A stretch of DNA of 61,869 bases, counting the filler, from Gonapodya sp. JEL0774 (lineage: Eukaryota): assembly GCA_027604505.1 (NCBI GenBank). It is 24 parts of 24 records of this genome, joined end to end, with 100 filler letters (N's around TTAATTAATTAA, not from the genome) between each part and the next. Parts side by side here need not be neighbours in the genome. Positions count along the whole stretch, not along the records: positions 10,379 to 12,870 come from JADIIX010001886.1; positions 12,971 to 15,462 come from JADIIX010001887.1; positions 15,563 to 18,052 come from JADIIX010001888.1; positions 18,153 to 20,641 come from JADIIX010001889.1; positions 20,742 to 23,227 come from JADIIX010001890.1; positions 23,328 to 25,813 come from JADIIX010001891.1; 18 more parts are not named here. One strand, given 5' to 3'. This document shows, in pieces, positions 12,597 through 25,362 of the stretch. Under the pieces are notes generated by a model, which was not told where the DNA came from, ran no database searches, and saw only the letters and a program-made list of their open reading frames with translations. A program made the position numbers and the translations under genes. Numbering within the stretch: position 1 is the stretch's first letter; the number at the start of each line of letters is the position of its first letter.

Positions 12597-13005
12597 CAGG
12601 GTTTCCGAGGTGGCAGATGGGAATGTTGCAGAACGGTCCAAGGTGCAGAGAGATAATAGAGCTATTTACAACGCGGCAAATGAAGACCGTTAATTCGCTT
12701 GAATAGAGACGCGAGCTACTGGAGTTGAAGGGCGTACGGCCATGTCAGTGACGCCAAGGGAGCTGGGACAGTTGCAAAAACGAGACAGGCGACGACGCAC
12801 GGATTCCAAACACTGCGAAGATGAAGCAACAGCCTTTTGAGGCGACCTCGAACGTGGTGAGTCCTCTTAGNNNNNNNNNNNNNNNNNNNNNNNNNNNNNN
12901 NNNNNNNNNNNNNNTTAATTAATTAANNNNNNNNNNNNNNNNNNNNNNNNNNNNNNNNNNNNNNNNNNNNCAACCACCAACCACCACTCCCCCTCCCCGC
13001 TCACC

Positions 13006-14750
13006 TCACAACACCGCCCTCTCCCTCGCGCCCCGTCCCGCCCCCGCTCCAGCCCACCGCACCGCCTCCTCCACCACCCACATCCTATCCTGCCCCCACA
13101 CCGCGCACACCACGTTCCCCCCCGCGTCCGTCACCCGCACGCTGGGCCCGCCCCACAAGCCGCACTCGTTGATGAGGGCGCGGACGTTGGACTCGACGTC
13201 GAGGCGCCAGGCGGGGGGCGGGGAGGTGGAGGTGGAGGTGGAGAGGAGGAGAGCCAGGGCCGACTCCGCCGCGCCACGGGGCACACCGCACCGCACCGCT
13301 AGCGAGACCAGCGCCGCAGAGTCGGACACGGCGAACCCCTCTGCGTACATCCCCCTCATCAACTCCGTCACGAACTTGTACTCCACCGTCTCCCCGCACG
13401 TTTTGGCCTCCCACACCAGTGCCGCGGCCCGTTCCCACCCGTCCAAAGGATCCCTGACCGTGCCGAACGGGGTTCCAAACGTGCGGCCCACCCGCGCGCA
13501 GTCGGTCACGATGTACCGGCTCTTGGTGGGTGGGATGGGGATTCCCCGCGTCACGGCGGGTGGGATGTGCCGGAGGACCAGTCGGTAGGGGGCGGTGGGG
13601 CCCAGACGGGTGTGGGAGGGGAGGAAGCGGGCCAGGAGGAGGTACGCGTACGGGGATCGGACGTTCCAAAAGAGTTCGACTGTGGGGAGCGTGCCTGTGC
13701 CCGGGTGGGAGGGAGAGGTGAGAGTCGAGAGGGGTGGAGACGCGGTGGGGAATCGGGCGAGCCATGGTCGTACGGGGAGGAGACTGGACGGGAGGAGAGC
13801 CGTTTCACCCGTACGCTTCTTCCCGGTACGGGTCCTAGGAGACGGTTCCGCCACCCCCCACCACACCAAGTGCTCGTACAGCATCTCCAACCTGTCCACG
13901 CCCCAGTACCACTGTCCCGCGAACTCTATCATGGCAGGGTTGTAATGCCCCCTGGTGCGGCGGTCGGCAGCGTTGACGGACAAGAGCGACGTCACGACCG
14001 CAGGCAATGGGATGGGGCCGGTTTCGGCTTCGAGGGTGTTGCGCAGGGCGTGGAGCGAGTTGAGGTCGTCGTCCCAGAGCTGTGCCATGATGGTGGTGAG
14101 GGTGGCGAGGCGGGACAGGAGGGTGGAGCGGGATAAGGGTTTTGCCGGCGGCGATGGGGACAGGTCCAGAGCGGCGGCCACGCGTTGTGCGAGGTCCACA
14201 ACGTGGCCGGACGGGACCCGGGCGGCGCGGGGGAAGCGGAGTCCAAGAGCTGAATTCAGAATTGGACCGTCCAAGGGGGGCAAAAATTGAAATTTTTCAA
14301 AACAAAAGAAACGGCGCTTTTCACGAATCTCCAGACTTTCCTGCCCTTGTCGTATGTGTGTGCTCACCTGGCGCAACGACCGCTGCATCCCCCGCGGCCC
14401 AGCTCTGCAACCTCACCCCACCGACCGTATGATCTCCATCCGCATGTCCCACAATCTTCACATCCACCAGAACGCCCTGTTTCAACTTTTCGATCAATTT
14501 GGGCAACGCCTGAACCAGTAAATACGAGTGCGGGTCGTCCAGCTGCACGTAGGCTGTGATGGTGGGCGGGATGCCGGAGATGGCGCGGCGGGAGGAGATG
14601 ATGAAGGAGAGGAGAGTTTGGAACTGGGGGGAGAGGAAGGCGGAGAGCACAAGAGGGGGAATCGGGCTGGGGACGGCCACAGTCACTCAAGTAAAGGCGA
14701 TGGACAGGATACGGGCGCGTAATTCACCGCAAATCTCACCGGCGAGACAT
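13006..14750 (-). CDS. Two-domain DsbA-like / HCCA-isomerase (GST-kappa-like) protein, complete, at least 2 introns
   Basis: Domain 1 YVQLDDPHSYLL...GHYNPAM...WYWGVDRL; domain 2 ELFWNVRSPYAYL...GLWGGPS...WGQDRMW; first exon ATGTCTCGCCG|GTGAG splices in frame to CCCGATT. Confidence 0.85.
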
Positions 14751-15113
14751 TTTTTGATGAATTGGAACTGAATGGGAACGCGGGATGTGGAAATAGCGCG
14801 AGAATCAAATTCCACGCTTTCGGGAAGCAAACGACTTGGACCGATGACCCGACGGCGAAACCCAGCTCATTGGGGAGCACAGTTTGACCAGGCGCGGAAT
14901 GTTCGTCAACTGATGTATTTCTGCGTATGGTGCTTTATCGTGCATGGGTATTGCTTGTTTATCTGAAAGGTGCAGATAGCATGGCGGGGAATGATCAACA
15001 TCCATAGCTCAAGTGCTCTTTGGAAAGAGGAGTTGAACAGTATTCAAGTTGCCCAACAAACGCTCCACCACCTCATATGATTCCCTGCATCCCCACCATG
15101 AAACCCCCCCTCC

Positions 15114-15462
15114 TCAATTCGCCGCGTTGATCCACTCGTCCCCGTTCTGCGTCCACTTGGTCAACTCCTTTTCGCTGAACCACAGCCCGATCTCCACCGT
15201 GGCAGTCTCCCATGAGTCTGACCCGTGGATGACGTTGCGGCCCACGCCGATGCAGAAGTCCCCGCGGATGGTGCCGGGTTCTGCGACCTTGCATGTTAGA
15301 CATATGGTCGGGAGAGGGGGTTCAGAAAAGCCCGTGGCGGATATGTCCACGTGAGCAAAGCTGTGAGAACTATAGCGGCAGAAATGGTTCGTGGAATTGC
15401 TACTCACGAGAGGGTTGGTGGCACCGATGAGTCTCCGGCCTTGCTTCACCGCGTCCGGGCCT
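15114..15462 (-). CDS. NDK1: Nucleoside diphosphate kinase, 3' part
   Basis: [14 protein letters not shown]|...[24 protein letters not shown]...EIGLWF, including the catalytic HGSD. Confidence 0.96.
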
Positions 15463-15562
15463 NNNNNNNNNNNNNNNNNNNNNNNNNNNNNNNNNNNNNN
15501 NNNNNNTTAATTAATTAANNNNNNNNNNNNNNNNNNNNNNNNNNNNNNNNNNNNNNNNNNNN

Positions 15563-16129
15563 CCCATGAGAGGACCTGGACTCATGCCAGGGATGGGTCC
15601 GGATGACATGATGGGACACCTCCATCCCACTTCGGCTCAAAATGGATCCCCACCCGTCTACATCAGGCGACCGCATTTGACAATACCCAACATAAACCGT
15701 GGAGGTCTCGCTGATTTTGAATCGCTCACAGTGGATATAATGGGGCTCTCGCTCACTCCCACAAGTGGCAATTCTCCGGTGGACAGTCACCTCAGCTCAC
15801 GGGCTGACTCCTCAACGAGCACGCTTATTTCAAACATACCGAACTTCCATATCCTTCAATCGAATAATCCCAATCGCATGCCACCTTTTTCTTACACCTA
15901 TGAGCCCCTTCCAGTGCCGCATTCTCCCAGCGTGGGTGGATCACCAGTCCCTCCGTCACCGATGACTCCTTATATTTATCTCCCAGCCAATCAAATGGGA
16001 CAGTACCCCATGCTCTCAGTCCTGACGTCAATGCCTGGCCAGTCTCCAGATGGGGCTTCAGCTGGTTGGGCTCCATACCCAACCGCGGCATTCAGCCAGC
16101 AGTACCCGGCCGCGTTCTCGTCTCAGTGA
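15563..16129 (+). CDS. C-terminal Pro/Ser-rich low-complexity part of an unknown protein
   Basis: 187-codon open frame from the contig edge, followed by an AT-richer UTR-like region. Confidence 0.6.
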   Translation, partial: PMRGPGLMPGMGPDDMMGHLHPTSAQNGSPPVYIRRPHLTIPNINRGGLADFESLTVDIMGLSLTPTSGNSPVDSHLSSRADSSTSTLISNIPNFHILQSNNPNRMPPFSYTYEPLPVPHSPSVGGSPVPPSPMTPYIYLPANQMGQYPMLSVLTSMPGQSPDGASAGWAPYPTAAFSQQYPAAFSSQ

Positions 16130-16876
16130 ACATTACTTGATACGCCATATTTATTCCCCTGCACTTCTTGCAATAGACAGCTTAGGATGCAACTTTGAGG
16201 CACTCACACGGAGTCGCTGGGATCGAGTACTCGTACTTTATGGTCTTTATGTTTGCTAGCTACCACTACACCAGCAAAATAAATATCAGCAAATTGCTTA
16301 ATGTGTATCGATTGTTTGATTCCACCAACATCAAAACAATAAATGGTCTCTCTCATCCTCTGACAGATTGGTGGCCAGTCTGATCCAGTTTTGTTTTGGC
16401 GAACTTTGGCCTCGGTCGCAAGAATTAGGACCACCAGGCGACCCGTAGTTTTCGTCGACCATTTTTCGACTTGATCGCTGTTTCCGATGTCTCGTTTATT
16501 TCTGTAAAGGGTGCACGGCTTCGGAGTGAGTGTAATTTCAAAGTAGGTATTAGTTGGTATTCGCTGTACCAACTTCCTGGACAACGAGCCCAGATATGGA
16601 AGGACACTTACTGTTCCTACCTTCTGATCGAATGAAGAAGGACGAATATTGACTCGGCGTACTCCAAGAGTTTGCGTGTGTCGTTGAGGCGCACCCGATG
16701 TCGTCAAGGATTGGTGATCCTTGTACCTGTCCCTCGAACGGTCTTGGCGACCAATCCCAATCTTTTATAAGCGCAAAGAGAGAACTCATCGTGCTGAACT
16801 CACCGTATTCGACGTGTTCATCGGTCGGAATCTCCTGAAATCTGTGAATCCACCCTACCGTACAATTCCGTCTCCG

Positions 16877-18052
16877 ATGAGCGACTCCCACGGAGGTTCC
16901 CAGTCTGGATCTACTGACGCGCTCGCTCCAAAAACGGGTACTCTTTCTGGTCAGCCGGAATCAAAGCCGCACCTGGAATTTAAGATTCCGGCCTCGCAAC
17001 CGGCGAAAGTTGCCCGTCCTGTCGCTGCAAAGACCACGAACGCCGCTAGTAACGTTCCCGCAATTCACGATGCTCACAAGGAGCGCTCAGTCGATATAGT
17101 GAGTGATTCTATCAGAGGTCCGCATCTAGGACCAGACATGATGTTCGCTGGCTGACAAGGTCCTTGCCTTTATGAGCAGATGGAACACCTTATGACCATC
17201 GAGGATATCCAGAAGAAGTACGACACGAAAGTGGATTTCGTGTCTCCAGGACATAGCTTGGTACGTTGATAGCACGCTTTTCTTTGCTGCAATTATCTCT
17301 CATTTCGTTGCGCCAGGGTTTGACAGTGGAAGAGGCGGCGAAGCGACTTGCCGAGAACGGTCCCAACTCCCTCACCCCACCACCCAAGCGACACCCGATT
17401 CTCCAGTATCTTGACAGACTCCGGGGCTTATTCAACTTGATTATGTTACTCGCGGGAACTCTCACTTACATCATTTATGGTGAGTAAACGTGCAGTTGGC
17501 AAATCAACTGTGGTCACCACTGTTTCTGGGCAAGCTCGGTCACAACTCTTTCCATACATGTTGTAATTTATGTCCACGCAGGCATCGACCCCGCCAACAA
17601 CGGACCCAATGTCTATATCGGTGCCATTCTCATCGCTGTCGCCTTTATCAATGCGTTTATTGAGTGGTATCAAGAGAGGAAGAGCCAGGCTATTTTGGAA
17701 AGTTTCCTCGTGAGCATCAAGTTCATAGATGTTTTAGCAACGATCAGCACGCGTCTTGACCCATTCTTTGGTGATTGCCGCAGAACTTGATTCCATCCAA
17801 GGCGACAGTGGTGCGTGGGTCTAAATCCACACCTATTTCTGCTGCAGAACTGGTTCTGGGCGACGTGGTATACATCCGTATGGGGGACAAGGTGCCTGCG
17901 GATTGCGTCATTGTATCAGCGACTGATCTCAAGGTCGACAACAGTTCTTTGACGGGAGAAAGTGAACCGCAAGAGCGCACCCATAAGAACACAGCCGAAA
18001 ACCCATTGGAAGCCACCAACATCGTGTTCAACGGAACTCTTTGCGTGAACGG
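16877..18052 (+). CDS. P-type IIC Na+/K+ (or H+/K+)-ATPase alpha subunit, 3' truncated
   Basis: GLTVEEAAKRLAENGPNSLTPP, YQERKSQAILESF, GDKVPAD, LKVDNSSLTGESEPQER and ENPLEATNIVF are type IIC-like signatures. Confidence 0.9.
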
Positions 18053-18152
18053 NNNNNNNNNNNNNNNNNNNNNNNNNNNNNNNNNNNNNNNNNNNNTTAA
18101 TTAATTAANNNNNNNNNNNNNNNNNNNNNNNNNNNNNNNNNNNNNNNNNNNN

Positions 18153-18997
18153 ACAAATCCATTTGAGGAATCCTTCTCGGGAGCGACCTCAAGTACACCC
18201 AGTACAACCACAGGTGCCTCAAGCGCAGATGTTCAGCACCATTCTTCTTCCTCAACTGAGGTGGTGAACGCTGCTTCCCCTCTCCTTCCCCTCTACTACG
18301 AGAACGACGGGCTATCGCAAGAATCTTCGGCCCTAGAAATAGTACCCGCCCCTCCTCCTTCGCCATTCGTAGCGACTCGCCCGCTATCACCACCACCTTC
18401 GATTGACTCCGAATCTGATCTCTCCGATGGCTCTGTGAAACCATCAACGAAGCGGAGGGGCAAAGCGTCGAAGGGCACTGCAGCCGGCCCTCGCAAGCGG
18501 GCACGAAAGTCTGGCACGCCCGCGAGCAGTAGAGGTGCAACACCGGAAAGCGAAATTGAAGCCGGCCCGGAAAACGAAGATCCTGAGGAAAGGAGGAAGC
18601 GGTTCTTGGAGAGAAATAGGATGGCCGGTGAGTATATGAAATGCACGAGGCTAAAACGATTCGGTTTCTCTCTCACGGTGGAAAGGCGAAAGTCATTGAA
18701 TGTGGTTTGGGGTGGTTTTGTTATGAGGATTATGCATTGGAGCGTTTTGACGACCTTTCTCCATTCCCAGCGCTGAAATGCCGCCAACGCAAACGTGCCC
18801 TCGCAACGTCGTTGGAAGCCACATACGCACAAGCGCAAGCGCGCAACTCTGAGCTGGTACGCCGAGCCGCCGAGCTTAGAGACGAGCTGCTGCGACTGCA
18901 AAGGAAGGCGGTGTTACATGGGACGTGTGGGTCTTGTGGAGTCAGAGATGTGAGTCCTCTTGGAAGGGGTACTGGTTCTGGGGTCGCTGTTTGCTAA
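18153..18997 (+). CDS. bZIP transcription factor (ATF/CREB-like), 5' truncated
   Basis: EERRKRFLERNRMA|ALKCRQRKR basic region split by intron ~18628-18770, followed by a leucine heptad. Confidence 0.9.
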
Positions 18998-19453
18998 GGC
19001 GTTGCGACTTGGTTTGTCGATCATCAGTATATGGCGAAGAAGGCTTTGGAAGAGAGAGACGCGGAACAGGCTGCCAAGTAACGGAGTGGTCGATACCTAT
19101 GCAATATCGCTCTTGGTGTGTTTCGGGTGCGTACTAGACTGGTATTGCTCCACCCGACAGGCATTTATTTCGTTGCTGATATGTGCGCTTGGAGGGGTCC
19201 TGTCTGCGTTGCAAATGTGCTCTACTGTATATATTTTCTCGGACAATTCTTGTAATGCGACATTCCAAGTTTTTTAACGTTCGTTGTGGTGGTTCTTTGG
19301 GTTGTGACATGGATGCACGTGCTCCGAATTTACTGCACCACGATCACGACAGAAATTCAATTGCGTAGCATCGTCATCTCCTTTTGACACATCGTCCCAC
19401 CCAAATCCCCATCCCACGTTACTCATTCTATATTCTTTCGAGTCCGTGCAACG

Positions 19454-20430
19454 ATGGACGACCTCATCATCTCAACCGACCCAGAGCATCCTGCGAATCT
19501 CATACCGGAACTCTGTCGGCAGTTCTACCATCTAGGTTGGGTCACTGGTACGGGTGGTGGCATGTCTATAAAAGATAAAAAGAGGGATTTGATTTACGTT
19601 GCACCGAGTGGAGTACAGAAGGAGAGGATGAAGGTGCGACACGACTGTGATTGTTCTTATCAAACTGATAACTGATCCCTCAAAGCGGCGCCATTGCACT
19701 TGAAACTTGAAGCCCGAAGACCTCTACGTAGTCACACCCACGCGCGACTTGGTCCGCTCCCCACCTGCATCCCGTAATCTCAAACCCTCTCAGTGCACTC
19801 CGCTCTTCTTCAACTCTTACATACTCGCCAACGCGGGAGCCTGTGTCCACACACATTCCCAGGCAGCTGTGATGGTGACGTTGCTGTGGGGGGATGTTTT
19901 TCGGATAACACATCAAGTGGGTGTGCAGATGCTCGTCTTCGAATCGCATCTCGCGTCCGTACCTTACGCGTTTCCTAATGATTCCGAAATCTGTTACTCC
20001 CGCCGCCTTCCGATCCTCAAGGAAATGATTAAAGGCATCCGTCGTGGCAGTCAAGGCCCTTCCCTTCGATACTACGACACCCTTGTCGTACCCATCATCG
20101 AAAACACCGCCGAGGAAGAAGACTTGCGAGATCGCATGGCCGACGCCATGAAAAAATATCCAGAGAGCTGTGCAGTACTTGTGAGGAGACATGGCGTGTA
20201 TGTGTGGGGAGATACTTGGGAGAAGGGTGAGTTTGGGGTATTGCGGTGTCGTGGAGAGCGCGAAGCTAAAGAGGATCGAAAATCCAGCCAAGGCAATGAC
20301 CGAGTGTTACGACTATCTATTTGAAATTGCGGTCAAGATGCGTCAGATGGGTATCGACCCTGAGAAAGTCCCCGAGGACTCCGAGTACAGGCATTTGACT
20401 GAGGCAGGGACTGGTGCACAGGAAACATAA
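19454..20430 (+). CDS. MDE1: Methylthioribulose-1-phosphate dehydratase (methionine salvage), complete, 3 introns
   Basis: [53 protein letters not shown] and [13 protein letters not shown]. Confidence 0.96.
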
Positions 20431-20898
20431 TTACATTAGTTTCGGCGCAATAGGATCTCCCCTCCGATTTGCCGAGCGAATAAGTCGGCTCGTGGTTGAA
20501 CTCTGGCGGCAGCAGCCGCTCATCGAAGCGAGCAAAATATATCCCGGATCAACAACAAACTCCCATGACATGGACTTCACGGATTGTATTGATAGATAGA
20601 ACATTGTACGTATAAACTGGATTCCATCTCACGAAACGAGTNNNNNNNNNNNNNNNNNNNNNNNNNNNNNNNNNNNNNNNNNNNNTTAATTAATTAANNN
20701 NNNNNNNNNNNNNNNNNNNNNNNNNNNNNNNNNNNNNNNNNGGTGGCCACAGAACCTGCATCCCCCCATTCCTTCCCTCTTTCCACAGCTCCACACACTC
20801 GTTTGTCTGTTGCTGTCAATCCGCTCCATCCCACTCTCTCTATCTGTTGTCTGTTTCTCCTCCATTTCTTGCACGTACAAAACTCGCATGCTCAAGCC

Positions 20899-23227
20899 AT
20901 GAACACCGGTTCTCGCCCTCCGTCTCGAATGAAACCCCCTCCCGCTCCTACCCGGAAAGCCTCTGCAAAGGCAGATGGTGCCAGGCAGCGCGGAATCGAC
21001 TCACCGCTGCGACCGTCGTCCGCAGCTTCGTCCTCCTCGTCGATCGAGGGCCGCGACCTGTTCGACGAGCAGAGGAAGCGGGATTCCATCAAGTTCAGAG
21101 CAGCGCGGCAGCAGGCTCTTTCTTCATTCTTTTCTGTGCGCGTGGAACCGAGGGAAGTTGTATTCGCGGACGTGGACGTGGACGTGGAGGGTGGTCAGGA
21201 TGAAGGAGTGCTCGCTCCTCGCAGCAGCGACGACGAGGAAGCCCTCAACGCAGATTCTGCTCCAACTCACGTTCGCCTTCTCACGCTGTCCAACTTTTCT
21301 CGCCGGACTGTGAAACTGGCCGTCGCACCGCAACAGCTGAACCCACATTTCGCCCTGCGTGACCCCAACGACACGTCCAAGCCTTTCCCGACGGGAACGT
21401 TCAGCCTTGCGCCCGGAACCACCGCCCGTCTGGCCATCGCATTCTCTCTCAGTGTGCTCTCTCAACCGAGACGTGTCGGTGGTGGCCCGTTGGCGCTCAA
21501 CTCCATCGCCTCGTCTAGCGTGTCCGTAGCCGCGTCTCGGTTCGGCATGTCGCTCGGGTCTTTGAACCACATGGAATCGCTGGGTTCTAACGTGACGTCT
21601 TCGAGCATGGCCAAGGGTGTTTTCGAAACTCGTGTGGTGGTGGACATACTCTCTCCCGTGGGGAAACTCGAGATCCCCGTGAAGGCGACTCTTGCGCGTG
21701 CCGTGGTCTCTGTCCCACCGGTGCTTGACTTGGGAGTCATGGTTGCTGACCAAGTTGTCAGTGCAGATCTTGTTGTGACAAACGATGGGGCGAAGGAAGC
21801 ATCTTGTGTCGTGGGCTGTAACGAGGGTACAAACAATGATGATGATCAGAATCTGGTTGTATCCTTTCAAACTGATACCTTTACTGTTCCTGCAAGGCAA
21901 GGCACAGTAGCTGCGCCAGAGGACCTCCATGTGAAGACTCCTTCTACCTACCGCCTCCTCCCTCCGATCCCAGACACAGCAAAATCAAGTTCCAAACTCA
22001 CACCTGGACAAGTAACTGTGGCACTGTCGATCAAATCCACGAGTTTGGGTGCATTCAAGAAGAAACTTGTGTTGCACATTGTGGAGCGTGGGGGTACAGC
22101 CAGATTGACGGACTTGGAGGTGCTTGTCCAGGCAACAGTGGTGCCTCATGCACTCAGAATCAGTGTTCCAGGCACAGATGAACTGCTTTCTGTATGTTGG
22201 CACTGATTTGACCTGAAAAACTCTCACTGAGTGATCTAAAGGCTCACCATACAACCACCTTTGGCTCTCATTTTGCAGACTTCTGGTGCACCATGCATTC
22301 TCTCACTCCCACCAACCTTTCATGGATGTGTAGTCAAGTCCCACATTACCCTCCAAAATGTACTTTCATGTCCAGTACACTTTTCTATCAAACCAGCTGG
22401 CCAGAATGAATCACTGCTACCTGCAAATGTTGTGCCACCAGAAGCAACAACAAATTCAAAAAAATTTGATGGAGGACGCTTGTCTCTGCTGGGCTCAGAA
22501 ACAAATTGGCTCCAGTTTCATCCTTCAGAGGGTGTGGTTGAACCCAAAGCTTTTCTCAGCGTCGTGGTGTATTTCTGTCCTGTTCCACCTTTGGAAACCA
22601 GCTCTGATGTGGCAGCTTCAAAGAAAACCTTTGTCTCCCATCACAAACCAGCACTGGAAACTGTGCACACAGGAGAGTGGGATATGTCTGTATCTATTGC
22701 AGGGGAACGTCATTTGGCATATCTGCCACTCCATGCCCTGAAAGTTCAAGCACAGGGCAAAGGACATCCGTGTGTCTTGAAGATTGAGCCACCTGCAATC
22801 AGTTTTCAATCTGTAACAATTGGATCTGTTGCCCCAAGAAGAGCTGTTCAAATTCACAATCCAGGTCCACTCCCTGTGTGGGTTGTGTCAAACAAACCCT
22901 CAAAACCCTTTGTAATCAGAAGTCAAGATTGCAGACCAGATGGTAAATGGGAGACTAAGATTGGAGGGTGTTCAACAAAGGAAGTGCAGGTTGATATTGT
23001 TGCACAAGAGGTGATGTCAAAGTGGACCTGACAGAATTTTTGTTTACCATACTGACATTCCTTCTTATAAAAACAGTCAGGACTGCATCTGTCATCTTTT
23101 CTCTTCTCTGTTTATGGATGTGCACCCCCCTATGTCCAATCTGCCCTTAAAGAGTTGAAATGCAAACTCAGTGTCTCTGTGGAACCAGAACATCAAAGAG
23201 ATACTCACCAGCCTGTTCCAATACATG
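20899..23227 (+). CDS. Cilia/flagella-associated protein with tandem ASH/Ig-like domains (CFAP47-like), 3' truncated
   Basis: VRVEPREVVFAD...LTLSN...LAPG...LEIPVKA...VLDLGVMVA...LVVTNDG, later PSEGVVEP and IEPPAISF...QIHNPGPLP; same motif order as the CFAP47 N-terminus. Confidence 0.7.
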
Positions 23228-23327
23228 NNNNNNNNNNNNNNNNNNNNNNNNNNNNNNNNNNNNNNNNNNNNTTAATTAATTAANNNNNNNNNNNNNNNNN
23301 NNNNNNNNNNNNNNNNNNNNNNNNNNN

Positions 23328-25362
23328 CCTTCTCCTACTCCTTCACCCCACACTACAACGGTAGCATCGCGCCGTCGCACCTCCCTTCCATCAATCGCAA
23401 CGTCACTTGGCCTGGCGCGCAGGACATTTTCCGGATCTGGGTCCGTTCAAAGTGCCATGATGGCAAACACGTCACCACCCCGGTCACCCATCGCAGCTGG
23501 CTCAACGGGATTCTCGCCATACTGGCCCGGCGAGCAGCTTTCTGGGTCGTTCGTAGGATCATACGAGGTACGTGAGAACACTAAGTAACGTACACGGACG
23601 CAGTCTGCTTATCCTGACACCTTCCAGGAATCTCTGCTCTCACGCCGTCTCTCCACAAGACCCTCACCTCCACTCCCTTTCTCCGCTGTCTTGGGCTCAT
23701 CTTCTTCACATCCATCCGTACCCGCCAAGCTTCGTTGCACCCGGCAAACTACCATAGAGTTCAACGCTGTATTTTACGAGCTCGCTAAAGATGGAATGGG
23801 AGGGGGTACACCGTACGTCGGGCAATGGGAAGTTGTCGGAAAGGTCTCCAAGAAGGACGGGGCGAAAGTCAGAAAGAGTTCCAGCAAGCAGAAGCCGAAT
23901 GGCGCGGACGACATGGAAGAGGATGGAGAAGTTTACGAAGGTGAAGGGGGGGAACAAGTGACAGGGTACAGGTTGCCTGCGGTAGGGCAATTGCAGGTTG
24001 TGAGTCACCAACGTCAAAATAGTTTGGTTGCGTGCCCGACCTGATTGCTATTTGACCACTACAGATCATCAAAAACCCATCACTCACCGCAGTCAAAGTC
24101 TTTCTCATCCCGTACGACTACCGGTCCATGCCTCCCCTCCACCGCACCTTTCTTCGCCAGAAATCGTACGCCATACCGGGCACGGTAGTGGCGGAACGGC
24201 CTGCGACAATGGTGCGCCCCACTGTATCCAAAATACTGGAAAGCAGTTCTCCCATCAGCAGTGGTGGTGCCATTGTGGGTTCACCGCCCACGAAAGGTCC
24301 AATGAGGTATGCGATACATGTTCAGTTCGCGACGGACAGTCGTGGCAGGTTGTTTTTGTGGAGAAATGTGAGGGTGGTGTTCTCGCATGGTGGTGAAGGT
24401 GGAGGAGAGAAGCTGAGGGTGGTGTACGAAGGAGCGGAAGGTGGATAGTGAGTTTATGCAACATATGAAGAAGTATCACATTCTGCTTTGTGTCCAAAAT
24501 CTCATCATGAATTTTGGTCCCTTTTTACAGCGTGCCCATAGACTTCTCTCGGCCTACTACGCCAATATCCGTATCTGGACCGTCTCGTTCATTCAGATCA
24601 CGAACAACTGGCCCCTCAGGCACCGGATCGCGAGGTGCACGTGGATTCCCGCTCACTCCGGTCAAGAATGGATCCGGAGCCGAACAAGAATTGCCGTGGC
24701 CAGACGAGCGAGATGAGGATGGCGGCATGATGGATGGCCGAGGAAGTCCCGCACGTAAATCGCCTGGGCGAGCACATCAGGTGACCTCGTCTCGCGAAAA
24801 GTCTCCGCCGTCATCACCTCCATCATGGCGCTACCGAGAGATTCCACCCCCACGTCCGGAATTCACTCTTGTGCAGCACCAACGACCCGCATCTGGTCTC
24901 AGCAAAGTATTTCTTCGCGCTCCGTCGTCCCCTGGCTCGTCTGCTCCAGGAAGTGACGTCGAAGACACATCGTTCCCGGGGATGAGTGACCGTCGTGGGA
25001 CAAGCTCTGGAGGCTCTTCTGGACCGCCGTCACCTTCGATGGGGGGAAGCGCCTCGGCTCTGTCTGCGGCCATTGGGTCAGTGAGAATGAGAGGCAACCG
25101 TTCAGGTGGTGATGAAGGAGGAATGGTCAAGGAACTGAAAACGAGAGTGGCGATGATGAGTCGATGGGCGCCGGAGGGAGGCATGGATGCTCTGCCTATG
25201 GCCCTGGACGAGCATGCACAGATGGAGGTGTCAACTGATAACGACAGGGATCGACGAGGAGATGCGAGAGAAAGAAACAGTGGCGCTGGGAGCTCCCAGC
25301 AGGCAACGACGTATACTCGGTTCGGGTTTGGGGGACATGGTGGAATGGGTGGAGCACGATGA
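23328..25362 (+). CDS. Atos/FAM214-like (DUF4210) protein, 5' truncated
   Basis: VGSYE|ESLL, TPYVG, GYRLPAVGQLQV|IIKNPSLTAVKVFLIPYDYRSMP...TFLRQK, MRYAIHVQF...LFLWRNVRVVFS. Confidence 0.88.
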
